From assembly GCA_964496765.1 (NCBI GenBank), contig CAZCAP010000004.1, positions 22,956-54,955 on the forward strand: a stretch of 32,000 nucleotides of DNA, written 5' to 3'. Positions within the stretch are counted from its first letter, which is position 1; each line of letters opens with the position of its first letter. The stretch comes from an uncultured archaeon (GTDB lineage: Archaea > Iainarchaeota > Iainarchaeia > Iainarchaeales > CSSED10-239). This document shows, piece after piece, positions 1 through 8,218 of the stretch. Made by a program: the position numbers and the translations under genes. The notes beneath the pieces were generated by a model. It was given only the letters and a program-made list of their open reading frames with translations, ran no database searches and was not told the DNA's origin.

Positions 1-180
1 TTTTGGGTTAATCTTGAAATCTTACAATCCAAAATAAAATAAGTCTGAACCAATATATATAAATCACACTACTTATTATGTACCAAAAAACACACGCAAC
101 AACTTATTAGTGTACACCTAAACAATATTGAAACACACAGGCGCAAATCACTCACAATTAACTAGAAAAAGTAAATCTAA

Positions 181-795
181 TCAACAAAGTTTACTTTTTG
201 GTTTATTTAATAATTGTTCATCAAGTATATGAGAAAAAGCACCAACCGATAAAAGTTTTTGATTACCATCAAGTGTTCTTACAATAAACTTGTGTATTGA
301 CTTTTCCTTTGGGCCAATAATAATTATATATGGAATTTTTTTTAATTCAGCATTTCTTATTTTTTTTTTAATATCCCCTGATTGATTTTCAATTTCAATT
401 CTTGCCCCTGTTTTTGAAAGACCAGTTTCTATTTCATTACAAAAATTAAGCATATCATTTCCATTTGGGATTAGTTTAACATGAACTGGCAATAACCAAA
501 AAGGAATTGAATTCATTTCCTTTTGCAATATTGCTTCTGGAATTTCATAAATATATGTTTTATCTTTATAACTAATAGAAAAATCATTCTTAATTTCAAT
601 TAACGAAGTGTTTTGAGACCCAGAAGTACTCTTATTGATGGGAACATCTGTGGTTTCTGAATTTTGCATAGTAGAATTAGAAACACAACTTGTATTCTTA
701 TTTGCATTTTTGAAATTATTACTTTGATAATGATTATTAAATTTGTTTTTCTTAAAAAAACTAAATCTCTGTTTTAAATTATTTGTTCGTTCCAT
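181..795 (-). CDS. Stand-alone threonyl-tRNA synthetase-type anticodon-binding (HGTP_anticodon) domain protein with a low-complexity N-terminal region; no catalytic domain
   Basis: C-terminal half 'IPFWLLPVHVKLIPN...FCNEIETGLSKTGARIEIENQSGDIKKKIRNAELKKIPYIIIIGPKEKSIHKFIVRTLDG' resembles the ThrRS C-terminal anticodon-binding domain (W-L-xPVQV..., KIR..., PY..., G-KE...). ORF track start is 837; the internal Met (MERTNN) at 795 avoids overlap with the neighbouring gene. Confidence 0.75.
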   Translation of the reverse strand: MERTNNLKQRFSFFKKNKFNNHYQSNNFKNANKNTSCVSNSTMQNSETTDVPINKSTSGSQNTSLIEIKNDFSISYKDKTYIYEIPEAILQKEMNSIPFWLLPVHVKLIPNGNDMLNFCNEIETGLSKTGARIEIENQSGDIKKKIRNAELKKIPYIIIIGPKEKSIHKFIVRTLDGNQKLLSVGAFSHILDEQLLNKPKSKLC

Positions 796-811
796 ATAAA
801 TATCATCCAAA

Positions 812-1348
812 TTAAATAAACATAAATGCAAGCGCAATAAAATTATATATTAGATGTGCAGAGAAGGTAACCCATATATTTCCTGTCTTTTGATAAAATC
901 TTGCTAGTACAACACCCAAAACAAAGGCACCAATTATTTCTGTCACTGAGCCATAGAGTATATGCCCACAAGCAAATAGAGCTGAAGAAATAATTACGCC
1001 CACTCTCTTAACTAAAAAACCTCTAAAAAACCATTCCTCTAAAAACACTCTAATAACAAACAAATATATTATATAGATTGCAGACAGGGAAGTTATTTTT
1101 TCTCCAACAACAGAAAGATCCTGCACTCCAAATAAGCTTGAAACATAACTTATTGCAAAACTTATAATAAACATCAGAAAGAAAAGAATAACTACATTTC
1201 TAATAAATATTTTCCAATCAATTCTTTTCAAACCTTGAAGTTTAATTAATTCTTTTAATGTTACTACTTTACCATAAAAATACAAAAAGTATAATGGGAA
1301 GAATAAAAGAATGAAATCCAAAAAAAAATCATTTATTATAAAACCCAT
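812..1348 (-). CDS. CPBP family intramembrane (Abi/CAAX-like) glutamic metalloprotease-like protein
   Basis: Multiple hydrophobic helices plus motifs EEWFFRG (EExxxR), FACGH (FxxxH) and HLIYN (HxxxN). Confidence 0.88.
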   Translation of the reverse strand: MGFIINDFFLDFILLFFPLYFLYFYGKVVTLKELIKLQGLKRIDWKIFIRNVVILFFLMFIISFAISYVSSLFGVQDLSVVGEKITSLSAIYIIYLFVIRVFLEEWFFRGFLVKRVGVIISSALFACGHILYGSVTEIIGAFVLGVVLARFYQKTGNIWVTFSAHLIYNFIALAFMFI

Positions 1349-1373
1349 AATTTAAAATCTCGGAAAATTAAAT

Positions 1374-1592
1374 TCATTCCCAAATGGTCATCCCACAATT
1401 TCCGCAGGCAAACCTGGTTCTACTATCTTTTCCCTTATGTGCACCCATAAATGTTCCAGCACCACATTTAGGACAATCTTTACCTTTTCTTGTAACCTCA
1501 TCACCAGTTACAGAATAAAATTTACTTTTCTTAACTTTTACACTTTCTTTATGTTTTGGTTTTCCTTTTTTTTCTTTACCCATAATTATCAC
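1374..1592 (-). CDS. rps27ae: Ribosomal protein eS31 (S27ae), zinc-ribbon
   Basis: KSKFYSVTGDEVTRKGKDCPKCGAGTFMGAHKGKDSRTRFACGNCGMTIW with two CxxC pairs. Confidence 0.93.
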   Translation of the reverse strand: MIIMGKEKKGKPKHKESVKVKKSKFYSVTGDEVTRKGKDCPKCGAGTFMGAHKGKDSRTRFACGNCGMTIWE

Positions 1593-1594
1593 TT

Positions 1595-2029
1595 TTATTC
1601 TTTATCTTCCTTTGGCTTTTCTTCCTTTGGTTTATCTTCCTTTGGTTTATCTTCCTTTGGCTTTTCTTCCTTTGGTTTATCTTCCTTTGGCTTATCTTCC
1701 TTTGGTTTATCTTCCTTTGGCTTATCTTCCTTTGGTTTATCTTCCTTTATTGGTTCATCATGTGTTCCTGTTCTCTTTAATCTATATTCAAGCTCAATTT
1801 CTCTTAAAGCTTTCATATTATCATAAACCTTAATATATGCCTTTGAGATTTTAGTACCATAATCCTGTGATATCTTATCAATAACAATAAGCTTATCATC
1901 AATACCAAGGAGTGCGGCAATCTTTTTTTGGACCTCCTGTCTTGAAGGAGTCTTGTCAGCTCTTATTTTTGCTAAGACAGATGTTCTATGTAACAATTCA
2001 TTTTTTGATTTTTCCATTTCTATTTCCAT
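1595..2029 (-). CDS. rps24e: Ribosomal protein eS24 with C-terminal (KEDKP)n low-complexity tail
   Basis: Core '...NELLHRTSVLAKIRADKTPSRQEVQKKIAALLGIDDKLIVIDKISQDYGTKISKAYIKVYDN' is typical eS24; adjacent to eS31 as in other archaea. Confidence 0.92.
   Translation of the reverse strand: MEIEMEKSKNELLHRTSVLAKIRADKTPSRQEVQKKIAALLGIDDKLIVIDKISQDYGTKISKAYIKVYDNMKALREIELEYRLKRTGTHDEPIKEDKPKEDKPKEDKPKEDKPKEDKPKEEKPKEDKPKEDKPKEEKPKEDKE
1598..1750 (-). repeat. 15-bp tandem repeat encoding (K-E-D/E-K-P) units in the eS24 tail
   Basis: Repeated 'cttcctttggyttat/cttttcttcctttgg' on the + strand; about 10 in-frame units. Confidence 0.9.
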
Positions 2030-2128
2030 AATTTTTCACCTAATAGTTAATTTTCATTTTATCTTTTAGAGAGGAGATAAAAAACAAATCTACTTTCGTA
2101 AATTCATGTAACTGTTTTGAATAAATAT

Positions 2129-2353
2129 TTATCTGCTAAGTCTTAATGCATACTTTCCTGGAGTTGTTACTTCCATTGCTTTTCCAATATCTGATTTGTC
2201 TGGATCAATGATCAGTGCGGTTCCCTTAAAGAATGTTGTGAAAATATTTGATCCACAAACAGGACAAACTTTAACAACTTCCTCTTTTCCTTCTTTTGTA
2301 ATTTCTGTTTCTTCAACAATTTTTCTACATTTTCTACAAACTTTTTTACTCAT
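2129..2353 (-). CDS. spt4: Transcription elongation factor Spt4 (RNA polymerase subunit E'')
   Basis: CRKCRKI...CPVCGSNIF..FKGTALIIDPDKSDIGKAM..TPGKYALRL; adjacent to Rpo7. Confidence 0.93.
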   Translation of the reverse strand: MSKKVCRKCRKIVEETEITKEGKEEVVKVCPVCGSNIFTTFFKGTALIIDPDKSDIGKAMEVTTPGKYALRLSR

Positions 2354-2982
2354 TTCTTTTCACCTTTCTTTTTTTTTGGTGATTTTTTTGTATCTTTCTT
2401 TGATTCTTTCTCATTATCTTTTAATTTCTTTTTTTCTTTCTTAGTATCATATAATTGCCACTCTGGTTTACCTAACCCAAACCCTCTCATGGTTAACCCA
2501 ATCTTTGTATCAGCAATTGATTTTTTAAAACTAATATTTGCAACTCTTGCAAGAACCTTATCCCCAACTATCAATGTTCTTTTACTTTCTTTTGCAACAA
2601 AACCAGGTAATTCTGGATTATAGGAATTAAAATCTTGCATTACTTGTGAAACATGACACAAACCTTCAAAAGGCCCAATACTTATGAATGCACCAAAGTC
2701 AGTTGCCTGTGTAACGTTACCTTGAACCATTTCATGAAGCTTTGGCATATAGGTTACTACCTGAAATTTAACTTTGAAAAAAACATTAGAATCACCAGGA
2801 ATAATCTCACCAATATTATTTTCAAGAACATCTGTTACAAGAACGATTAATCCAACATCTTTATCAATTACTCCTTCATAGTCTTTGCATAATTGATCAA
2901 GAATAATATCTTTTAATTCTCCAGATAAGCTTAGAGGAGAAACCGCAACAATTCCTTCAACATTGTATTTTTTATAACTCAT
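2350..2982 (-). CDS. rpo7: DNA-directed RNA polymerase subunit Rpo7 (RpoE')
   Basis: S1-domain protein, 'GDVLENNIGEIIPGDSNVFFKVKFQVVTYMPKLHEMVQGNVTQATDFGAFISIGPFEGLCHVSQV'; overlaps the Spt4 start. Confidence 0.93.
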   Translation of the reverse strand: MSYKKYNVEGIVAVSPLSLSGELKDIILDQLCKDYEGVIDKDVGLIVLVTDVLENNIGEIIPGDSNVFFKVKFQVVTYMPKLHEMVQGNVTQATDFGAFISIGPFEGLCHVSQVMQDFNSYNPELPGFVAKESKRTLIVGDKVLARVANISFKKSIADTKIGLTMRGFGLGKPEWQLYDTKKEKKKLKDNEKESKKDTKKSPKKKKGEKK

Positions 2983-3001
2983 ATTATTTTCACCATCATC
3001 T

Positions 3002-3445
3002 TTATTCTAATATCTTATTAATTTTATTTACTCTCGTCTCGTGCCTTCCACCTTCAAAAGGGGTTATTAAAAATAATTTAACAAACTCCAAAGCCTCTTC
3101 TTTTGTAATAAATCTCGCTGGTAATGCAATTATATTTGCATTATTATGTTCTCGTGCAAATTTTGTAATATCTTTATTCCAACAAAGGGCAGCTCTAACA
3201 TCAGGATATTTATTTGCAACCATGGAAACCCCATTTCCTGTTCCACAAATTATTATTCCTTTTTCATATTCTCCAACATTAATTGATTTAGCAAGTGGGT
3301 GAACAAAATCAGGATAATCAACACTTTCCTGTGAAAAACAACCAAAATCCTTTAAATCATACCCTTCCTTAGATAATTGTTCTTTAATATATTCTTTCAT
3401 TAAAAAACCAGCATGATCCGATCCTATTGGGATTAGGTTATCCAT
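3002..3445 (-). CDS. rpiB: Ribose-5-phosphate isomerase B
   Basis: IPIGSDHAGFLMKEYIKEQL...CGTGNGVSMVANKYPDVRAALCWN...AREHNNANIIALPARF. Confidence 0.95.
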   Translation of the reverse strand: MDNLIPIGSDHAGFLMKEYIKEQLSKEGYDLKDFGCFSQESVDYPDFVHPLAKSINVGEYEKGIIICGTGNGVSMVANKYPDVRAALCWNKDITKFAREHNNANIIALPARFITKEEALEFVKLFLITPFEGGRHETRVNKINKILE

Positions 3446-3466
3446 TATCTATTATCTCCTATAATT

Positions 3467-3874
3467 TTATTCTAATATTGCACCCTGTGTTTTTAGAGTA
3501 ATTATCTTTGCATGTTTAAATCTTAATTTTTCTTTTAATATTTTATCGTTCGTGTATATAATATAATCTTTACTGTAATATATTAATAAATTATCTATTT
3601 TTTGATATCTTTCACTTTTGTCCACTAATTCATTGGGAACATCTATTACTTTATATTTCTCTTTAGCTTCAACTTTTTTTAAATATCTTAGAAGCATTTC
3701 TTTTCTTCTGGGTTTGTCCTTAAATACTTTTTCAACCTCACTATAGGTTTTATTAAGAATATAAAACTCTGCACTTGGAATTAATAGGGTAACTGCATCA
3801 AATATATCTTTTTGATTTTCATACATATAAATCAATATATTCGTATCAATTAAAATTTTATTTGATCTGCCCAT
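3467..3874 (-). CDS. PIN domain protein (Fcf1/VapC-like, probable RNA-processing nuclease)
   Basis: ILIDTNILIYMYE N-terminal motif and C-terminal 'IIYTNDKILKEKL'; located directly after aIF2gamma, a position commonly occupied by an Fcf1-like PIN gene in archaea. Confidence 0.85.
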   Translation of the reverse strand: MGRSNKILIDTNILIYMYENQKDIFDAVTLLIPSAEFYILNKTYSEVEKVFKDKPRRKEMLLRYLKKVEAKEKYKVIDVPNELVDKSERYQKIDNLLIYYSKDYIIYTNDKILKEKLRFKHAKIITLKTQGAILE

Positions 3875-5063
3875 ATCCAGATAATCTCCATCTACTGTTT
3901 ACGTTTCTACTAATTGCAACCGTATCATTCTTATAATAAACACAGTCCTTATCAAGAATTAATTGCAAATCACTACCCTTAATCTTAATAATTGTTGCAA
4001 GATATGCAGCTGAACCAATAATTAAAACGATTTTTTCAGAAACCTTTAGTGGGGTTTGATTTGGTTCAATCAACCTATCAATCTTACTATAATTTAAATT
4101 AATTTTGGATGAAATTTCTGGTTTATTTGTATCTGAACAAATTAATTGTCCAACCATACGATCAGAAAAGCAATAGAATGAATCAATTTCTGTTCCAACA
4201 GCAATAAGCCCACCTGGCCTTACTGATTTATAATTAATACCATTTGAATTTAATGATTTAATTGTTATTTGGATTGGTTTTGTAATTCCTGGATATAACC
4301 AAACCTTATCCCCTACACTTAGGGTTCCTTCCAATATTGCCCCACCAAGAACACCACCCACTAGCTTTTCAAGGTCTGTGCTTGGTTTATTAACATCAAA
4401 TGACCTAACAACCTGCATTTTAAGTGGGAGTTGATCATTATATTCAGGTGTTGGTATTTTACTTACTAGTGCATAAACTAATGCATCTATATTTGTATCA
4501 AAATGAGCTGATGTTGGAATTATTGGTGCATCCTTATATCCCACTTCATCTAAGAATGCTCTTAATTTTTCGTAATTTTCAATAGCTTTTTCTTTTGGAA
4601 CAAGATCAATCTTATTCTGTGAAATAACTATATTTTTTATGCCATGCATTTTAAGTGCTAAGATATGTTCAACTGTTCTTGGTTGTGGGCACTCCTCGTT
4701 TGCTGCAACAACCACGATTGCTCCATTTAGGAGGGTTGCACCAGACAACATAACAGCCATTAATGTTTCGTGACCAGGAGCATCAACAAATGAAACTCTT
4801 TTTATAAAATCAGTTTTACTTCCACAAAGTGCACAAACATTTTTTGTACCATAGGCAGAAATTCCAACACACTTTGGACAATGATAAAAATCAGCATCCG
4901 CATATCCTAGTCTTATGGATATCCCCTGTTTAATTTCATCAGAATGTCTATCTGTCCATTTTCCAGTTAATCTTGAGGTCAAAGTGGTTTTACCATGATC
5001 AACATGACCAACAACCCCAATATTAACCTCTGATTGTATTTCTTTTACCATTTTCATTATCAC
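3858..5063 (-). CDS. eif2g: Translation initiation factor aIF2 subunit gamma
   Basis: GHVDHGKTTL, DAPGHE, SQNKIDLV GTPase motifs and zinc knuckle CPKC...CALCG. Starts at GTG 5063 or a nearby in-frame ATG. Confidence 0.96.
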   Translation of the reverse strand: MIMKMVKEIQSEVNIGVVGHVDHGKTTLTSRLTGKWTDRHSDEIKQGISIRLGYADADFYHCPKCVGISAYGTKNVCALCGSKTDFIKRVSFVDAPGHETLMAVMLSGATLLNGAIVVVAANEECPQPRTVEHILALKMHGIKNIVISQNKIDLVPKEKAIENYEKLRAFLDEVGYKDAPIIPTSAHFDTNIDALVYALVSKIPTPEYNDQLPLKMQVVRSFDVNKPSTDLEKLVGGVLGGAILEGTLSVGDKVWLYPGITKPIQITIKSLNSNGINYKSVRPGGLIAVGTEIDSFYCFSDRMVGQLICSDTNKPEISSKINLNYSKIDRLIEPNQTPLKVSEKIVLIIGSAAYLATIIKIKGSDLQLILDKDCVYYKNDTVAISRNVNSRWRLSGYGQIK

Positions 5064-5065
5064 AT

Positions 5066-5227
5066 CTATTTTATTTTTTTTATAGTAATTTTTCCTGCCA
5101 TATATTTTTTTTTAATTCTTTTTGCTCTATTTTTATTTGAGGAACCAGTTAGTTCGTATTCATTCCCTAATCTTAAAAGTTCTGGTTTTGGAATTCTTTT
5201 TCTAGGTAATCTTCCAGGTAGAGGCAT
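5066..5227 (-). CDS. Small basic protein, 53 aa, unassigned (MPLPGRLPRKRIPKPELLRLGNEYELTGSSNKNRAKRIKKKYMAGKITIKKIK)
   Basis: Hand translation of the gap between eS6 and aIF2gamma, below the length cut-off of the ORF track. ATG preceded by GGTGA at SD distance (GGTGACAATTTATG). Fills the gap exactly between the eS6 stop and the aIF2gamma start. Confidence 0.65.
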   Translation of the reverse strand: MPLPGRLPRKRIPKPELLRLGNEYELTGSSNKNRAKRIKKKYMAGKITIKKIK

Positions 5228-5239
5228 AAATTGTCACCA

Positions 5240-5674
5240 TCATTTCTTTTTACCCATTGGTTTTGGAATAGTGTCTTCTTTTACTTCTGCTTTTGATTTT
5301 TTATGTTTTTCTTCTAGAGTTTTTGTTGTACCTGCAATTATCCTCATATTTACTTGTTGAATTGTATTATCAATTATTCTTCCAATAATTCTTTTCTTTC
5401 TTCTTTCTCCCTTTCTTGTGGGTCTAAAGCCAATTCCTCTTGTTAACAACACTCTCTTACTTCCTGTTTGATCAAGTGTTGCAATCATAGGGAATCCTTG
5501 TTTATTTGATCCACCTGTAATAATTCCTTTAAGTCCTGCTTCAATAAAAGATAAATCAACTTCATCTTTTATCTTCTTACCAAGAAGAGTAAGCATTGTT
5601 TTTTCGTCTGCCTCAACAGAATATGTTTGTGCTGATTTTGAATCAGATATGTTTAACTTCATATTATAATACAC
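5240..5674 (-). CDS. rps6e: Ribosomal protein eS6
   Basis: MKLNISD...QTYSVEAD...GLKGIITGGSNKQGFPMIATLDQTGSKRVLLTRGIGFRPTRKGERRKKRIIGRII. Confidence 0.95.
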   Translation of the reverse strand: MYYNMKLNISDSKSAQTYSVEADEKTMLTLLGKKIKDEVDLSFIEAGLKGIITGGSNKQGFPMIATLDQTGSKRVLLTRGIGFRPTRKGERRKKRIIGRIIDNTIQQVNMRIIAGTTKTLEEKHKKSKAEVKEDTIPKPMGKKK

Positions 5675-5746
5675 CTCTTATTATTTCAAATCCTAATTTA
5701 TATTTTTTATTCTAATTATTGGTTATTTATCCAAGAAATATAACAA

Positions 5747-7501
5747 CTATTTTTCATCTTGTACTTTGTATCTTCTTTTTTGTGCTTCCTGTATTAATTT
5801 TTCTTCATCACCAGTAAACTGGAGCCCAATCTCTTCAAGCTTTTTAATATCTTCAAGAGAAATATTAACTGTAAACACAGAATCTTCTGTGAAATCCTTT
5901 AGGTAAGTTACTCCCTTAACTGAAATTGCTGCTTCTTTATCGTAATCTAAAGAAATAAGCTTGTTACCTTCTGTTTGAATTCCTTCAACAATACCAAACT
6001 CTTTTCCATCTTTATCAAGCAAAGTGGTTCCTGGAACTAATTTACCAGCTAAAACTTTAACTCCAAAGATTGCGGGTTTACTTACTCTAAATATACAATT
6101 TTTTACAACCTTAATCTTACAAGGATATACAATTTCTTTTAATAACTTATCTTTTTCTTGCCTGTTTAATTTAATAAGCCAAGCCTCATAGTCTTCTATT
6201 AATTTATATATAATATTGTTTTTAAATATAGGGATATTGCTCCCTATTGCTTCTTCTTCAAGTTCCTTTGATATATTTGAATTAAATAAAAATAAAACAC
6301 CTTTCTTTGGATCTCTCTCATTAATTATTTTTAATTCCATTATATCTTTATTTGTAACATCTCCGATATCTGATCTTGCAATGCAGATGAAACTTTTCCC
6401 CATTAATTTAATTAATGCTTCTAAAGATCCTAATGTATCTGATTTAACAAACGCACCCTCTGCCTCTCCATTCGTGATTACACAAGATAATGGTTTTGTT
6501 TTTAATGTTTCTATTGCTTCCCTATCATCACAGGAAACAATTACACTTCCTGGGATGCATTGATCTAGGCTTGGTGCAACAATCTTAACTCCAGATGCAG
6601 CAGATACAAAATCTACATTCTTATAATCTCTTTTTTTATTTACAGCAGACATTACATCTAATTTTAATAGAGCTTTTATTTTAGTTTCAATAACTCCAGA
6701 TTTGGATATAAATGCAATTTTATCTTTAACTCTTAATATTCCTTGATAAACTATAATATCTGCAGTTGAGCCTACGCCTTTAATTTCTCCAGATTCAAGT
6801 ATTGTTCCCTGTGCATAATCTTTTTCATCTAACTCTAATTTAGTTCCTAAAAATTTTTGAGATAATGTTGCTAGGAAAAGAATAGATTCTGATAATCCAT
6901 AACATTTTTCAGCAGATATTGGAATGATTGTAACTTGTTTTTTAAAGTCTGTAACCCTATCAAATCTTTCAGCAGCAAAACCATGATTATATAATTGTCC
7001 AACAATTTTATAGATTTGTTCATCAAGTCTTTCTGAAACTGATTTTGATTGTTTTTCAAGAACACTAGATATATCATTACCTTCCTGATACCAACCCTGT
7101 AGAAGATCAACCTTGTTTGCAACAACAATAAATGGTACCTTATACATTTTCAATATATTTAATGTTTCTATATCTTGTGCTTGAAGGCCTTTTATAATAT
7201 CAACAACTAGGACAACAAGATCTGCTAAGCTCCCTCCTCTTTCACGAAGATTATCAAATGCATTATGTCCAGGAGTATCAATAAACAATAATCCAGGGAT
7301 TGTAACTTCAAATTTAAATTTTGTTAATAGGTGACCACAACTATGTATGATTGTATCATAGGTAATTTCTGTAGCCCCAATGTGTTGTGTTATTCTACCA
7401 GGCTCTTTATCTGTAATACAGGTTCCTTTTATCTTATCTAGAAAAGTTGTTTTTCCAGAATCGATGTGACCCATGATTGTAATTATTGGTTGTCTATACA
7501 A
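5747..7501 (-). CDS. infB: Translation initiation factor aIF5B (archaeal IF-2)
   Basis: QPIITIMGHIDSGKTTFLDKI, LLFIDTPGHNAFDNLRERGGSLADLVVLVVDI, VANKVDLL; aIF5B length and domain order. Confidence 0.96.
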   Translation of the reverse strand: MYRQPIITIMGHIDSGKTTFLDKIKGTCITDKEPGRITQHIGATEITYDTIIHSCGHLLTKFKFEVTIPGLLFIDTPGHNAFDNLRERGGSLADLVVLVVDIIKGLQAQDIETLNILKMYKVPFIVVANKVDLLQGWYQEGNDISSVLEKQSKSVSERLDEQIYKIVGQLYNHGFAAERFDRVTDFKKQVTIIPISAEKCYGLSESILFLATLSQKFLGTKLELDEKDYAQGTILESGEIKGVGSTADIIVYQGILRVKDKIAFISKSGVIETKIKALLKLDVMSAVNKKRDYKNVDFVSAASGVKIVAPSLDQCIPGSVIVSCDDREAIETLKTKPLSCVITNGEAEGAFVKSDTLGSLEALIKLMGKSFICIARSDIGDVTNKDIMELKIINERDPKKGVLFLFNSNISKELEEEAIGSNIPIFKNNIIYKLIEDYEAWLIKLNRQEKDKLLKEIVYPCKIKVVKNCIFRVSKPAIFGVKVLAGKLVPGTTLLDKDGKEFGIVEGIQTEGNKLISLDYDKEAAISVKGVTYLKDFTEDSVFTVNISLEDIKKLEEIGLQFTGDEEKLIQEAQKRRYKVQDEK

Positions 7502-7585
7502 TAGTTTTCACCAGGTTTAAATTATTAAAATTAATTTCTAATTACAAGAAAAAAAATTAAAAAAGAAAAAATGGAATTACTGTGT

Positions 7586-7792
7586 TCATTCATTTTTCTT
7601 TTGCCCTCTACCTTGTCTTTTCTTTTCAATATGATAGGTTTCAGTCCATCTTGTTTTATGAGACTTGTATTTTTTATCAAGTGTATTCTTTTTACACTTT
7701 GATGAGCAAAAGTTACTTACAGTTCCTTCTTTCTTTGCATACACAATTCCTGTTCCTTTAGGAATTTCCTTTCCGCAGAATGTACATTTCAT
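7586..7792 (-). CDS. rpl24e: Ribosomal protein eL24
   Basis: MKCTFCGKEIPKGTGIVYAKKEGTVSNFCSSKCKKNTLDKKYKSHKTRWTETYH. Confidence 0.95.
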   Translation of the reverse strand: MKCTFCGKEIPKGTGIVYAKKEGTVSNFCSSKCKKNTLDKKYKSHKTRWTETYHIEKKRQGRGQKKNE

Positions 7793-7808
7793 ATTTAGTT
7801 ACCCCTTT

Positions 7809-8018
7809 TTAATGGACTCTTATGTCCTTTGCTTCTGTTTCTGGGTTCATTAAGATAAGGATATCTCCCTTACTTACTGTTCCACGTACATTTCTTTTTT
7901 TGATACGGCCTTTTTCATAACCATCAAGAATCTTACAAAGAACTTGTGTAGCTTCTCCACGTGAACCTGTTCTACCTACAATTTCTACGATTTCAGCAGG
8001 TATACCTTCTTCAGCCAT
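7809..8018 (-). CDS. rps28e: Ribosomal protein eS28
   Basis: IPAEIVEIVGRTGSRGEATQVLCKILDGYEKGRIKKRNVRGTVSKGDILILMNPETEAKDI. Confidence 0.95.
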   Translation of the reverse strand: MAEEGIPAEIVEIVGRTGSRGEATQVLCKILDGYEKGRIKKRNVRGTVSKGDILILMNPETEAKDIRVH

Positions 8019-8059
8019 ATAGATCTACTCCTTTATTTCTTTTATTCAGCTTTTGGTTC
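8007..8059. repeat. Copy 1 of a ~54-bp direct repeat (end of repeat ORF + RBS + start codons of eS28)
   Basis: ttcttcagCcatataGatctActcctttatttCttttattcagcTtttggttc, differing from copy 2 by 4 substitutions and 1 indel. Confidence 0.9.
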
Positions 8060-8212
8060 TTCAGCTTTTGGTTCTTCAGCTTTTGGTTCTTCAACCTTTG
8101 GTTCTTCAACCTTTGGTTCTTCAACTTTTGTTTCTTCAACTTTTGTTTCTTCAACTTTTGGTTCTTCAACTTTTGGTTCTTCAACTTTTGTTTCTTCAAC
8201 TTTTGTTTCTTC
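8042..8212 (-). repeat. 15-bp tandem repeat (11 units) encoding EE(P/T)K(V/A)
   Basis: + strand 'ttcttc aac/agc ttt/ctt tgg/tgt' repeated without interruption. Confidence 0.95.
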
Positions 8213-8218
8213 AGTCAT
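8042..8218 (-). CDS. Micro-ORF, 58 aa, made only of EE(P/T)K(V/A) pentapeptides: MTEETKVEETKVEEPKVEEPKVEETKVEETKVEEPKVEEPKVEEPKAEEPKAEEPKAE
   Basis: Hand translation; preceded by AAAGGAG at SD distance; lies between the L7Ae stop and the eS28 start. The ORF track instead shows a spurious other-frame ORF (8011..8199). Confidence 0.6.
   Translation of the reverse strand: MTEETKVEETKVEEPKVEEPKVEETKVEETKVEEPKVEEPKVEEPKAEEPKAEEPKAE

Noticed and set aside
812-1348. CPBP protease as part of a defence or bacteriocin-immunity system
   Set aside because: No partner toxin, nuclease or bacteriocin gene nearby; the motif only supports the generic CPBP family.
1437-1833. Plus-strand ORFs (1437..1826 and 1612..1833) rich in SSFGL/PLVYL repeats
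   Set aside because: They are antisense readings of the eS24 KEDKP repeat and eS31; the repeat keeps all frames open.
3467-3874. PIN domain gene as a VapC toxin
   Set aside because: No VapB-like antitoxin next to it; sits in the position of the Fcf1-like RNA-processing PIN gene next to aIF2gamma.
5034-5360. Plus-strand ORF covering the aIF2gamma/eS6 junction
   Set aside because: Hydrophobic F/I-rich antisense artefact; the minus strand carries syntenic, recognisable genes.
6216-6563. Plus-strand ORF inside aIF5B, plus 6871..7128
   Set aside because: Antisense or alternate frame within a well-supported conserved gene; typical of AT-rich coding DNA.
8011-8199. ORF track minus-strand ORF MKKQKLKNQKLKNQ...
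   Set aside because: Alternative frame of the same 15-bp repeat; the SD-preceded frame is the EEPKV micro-ORF at 8042..8218.
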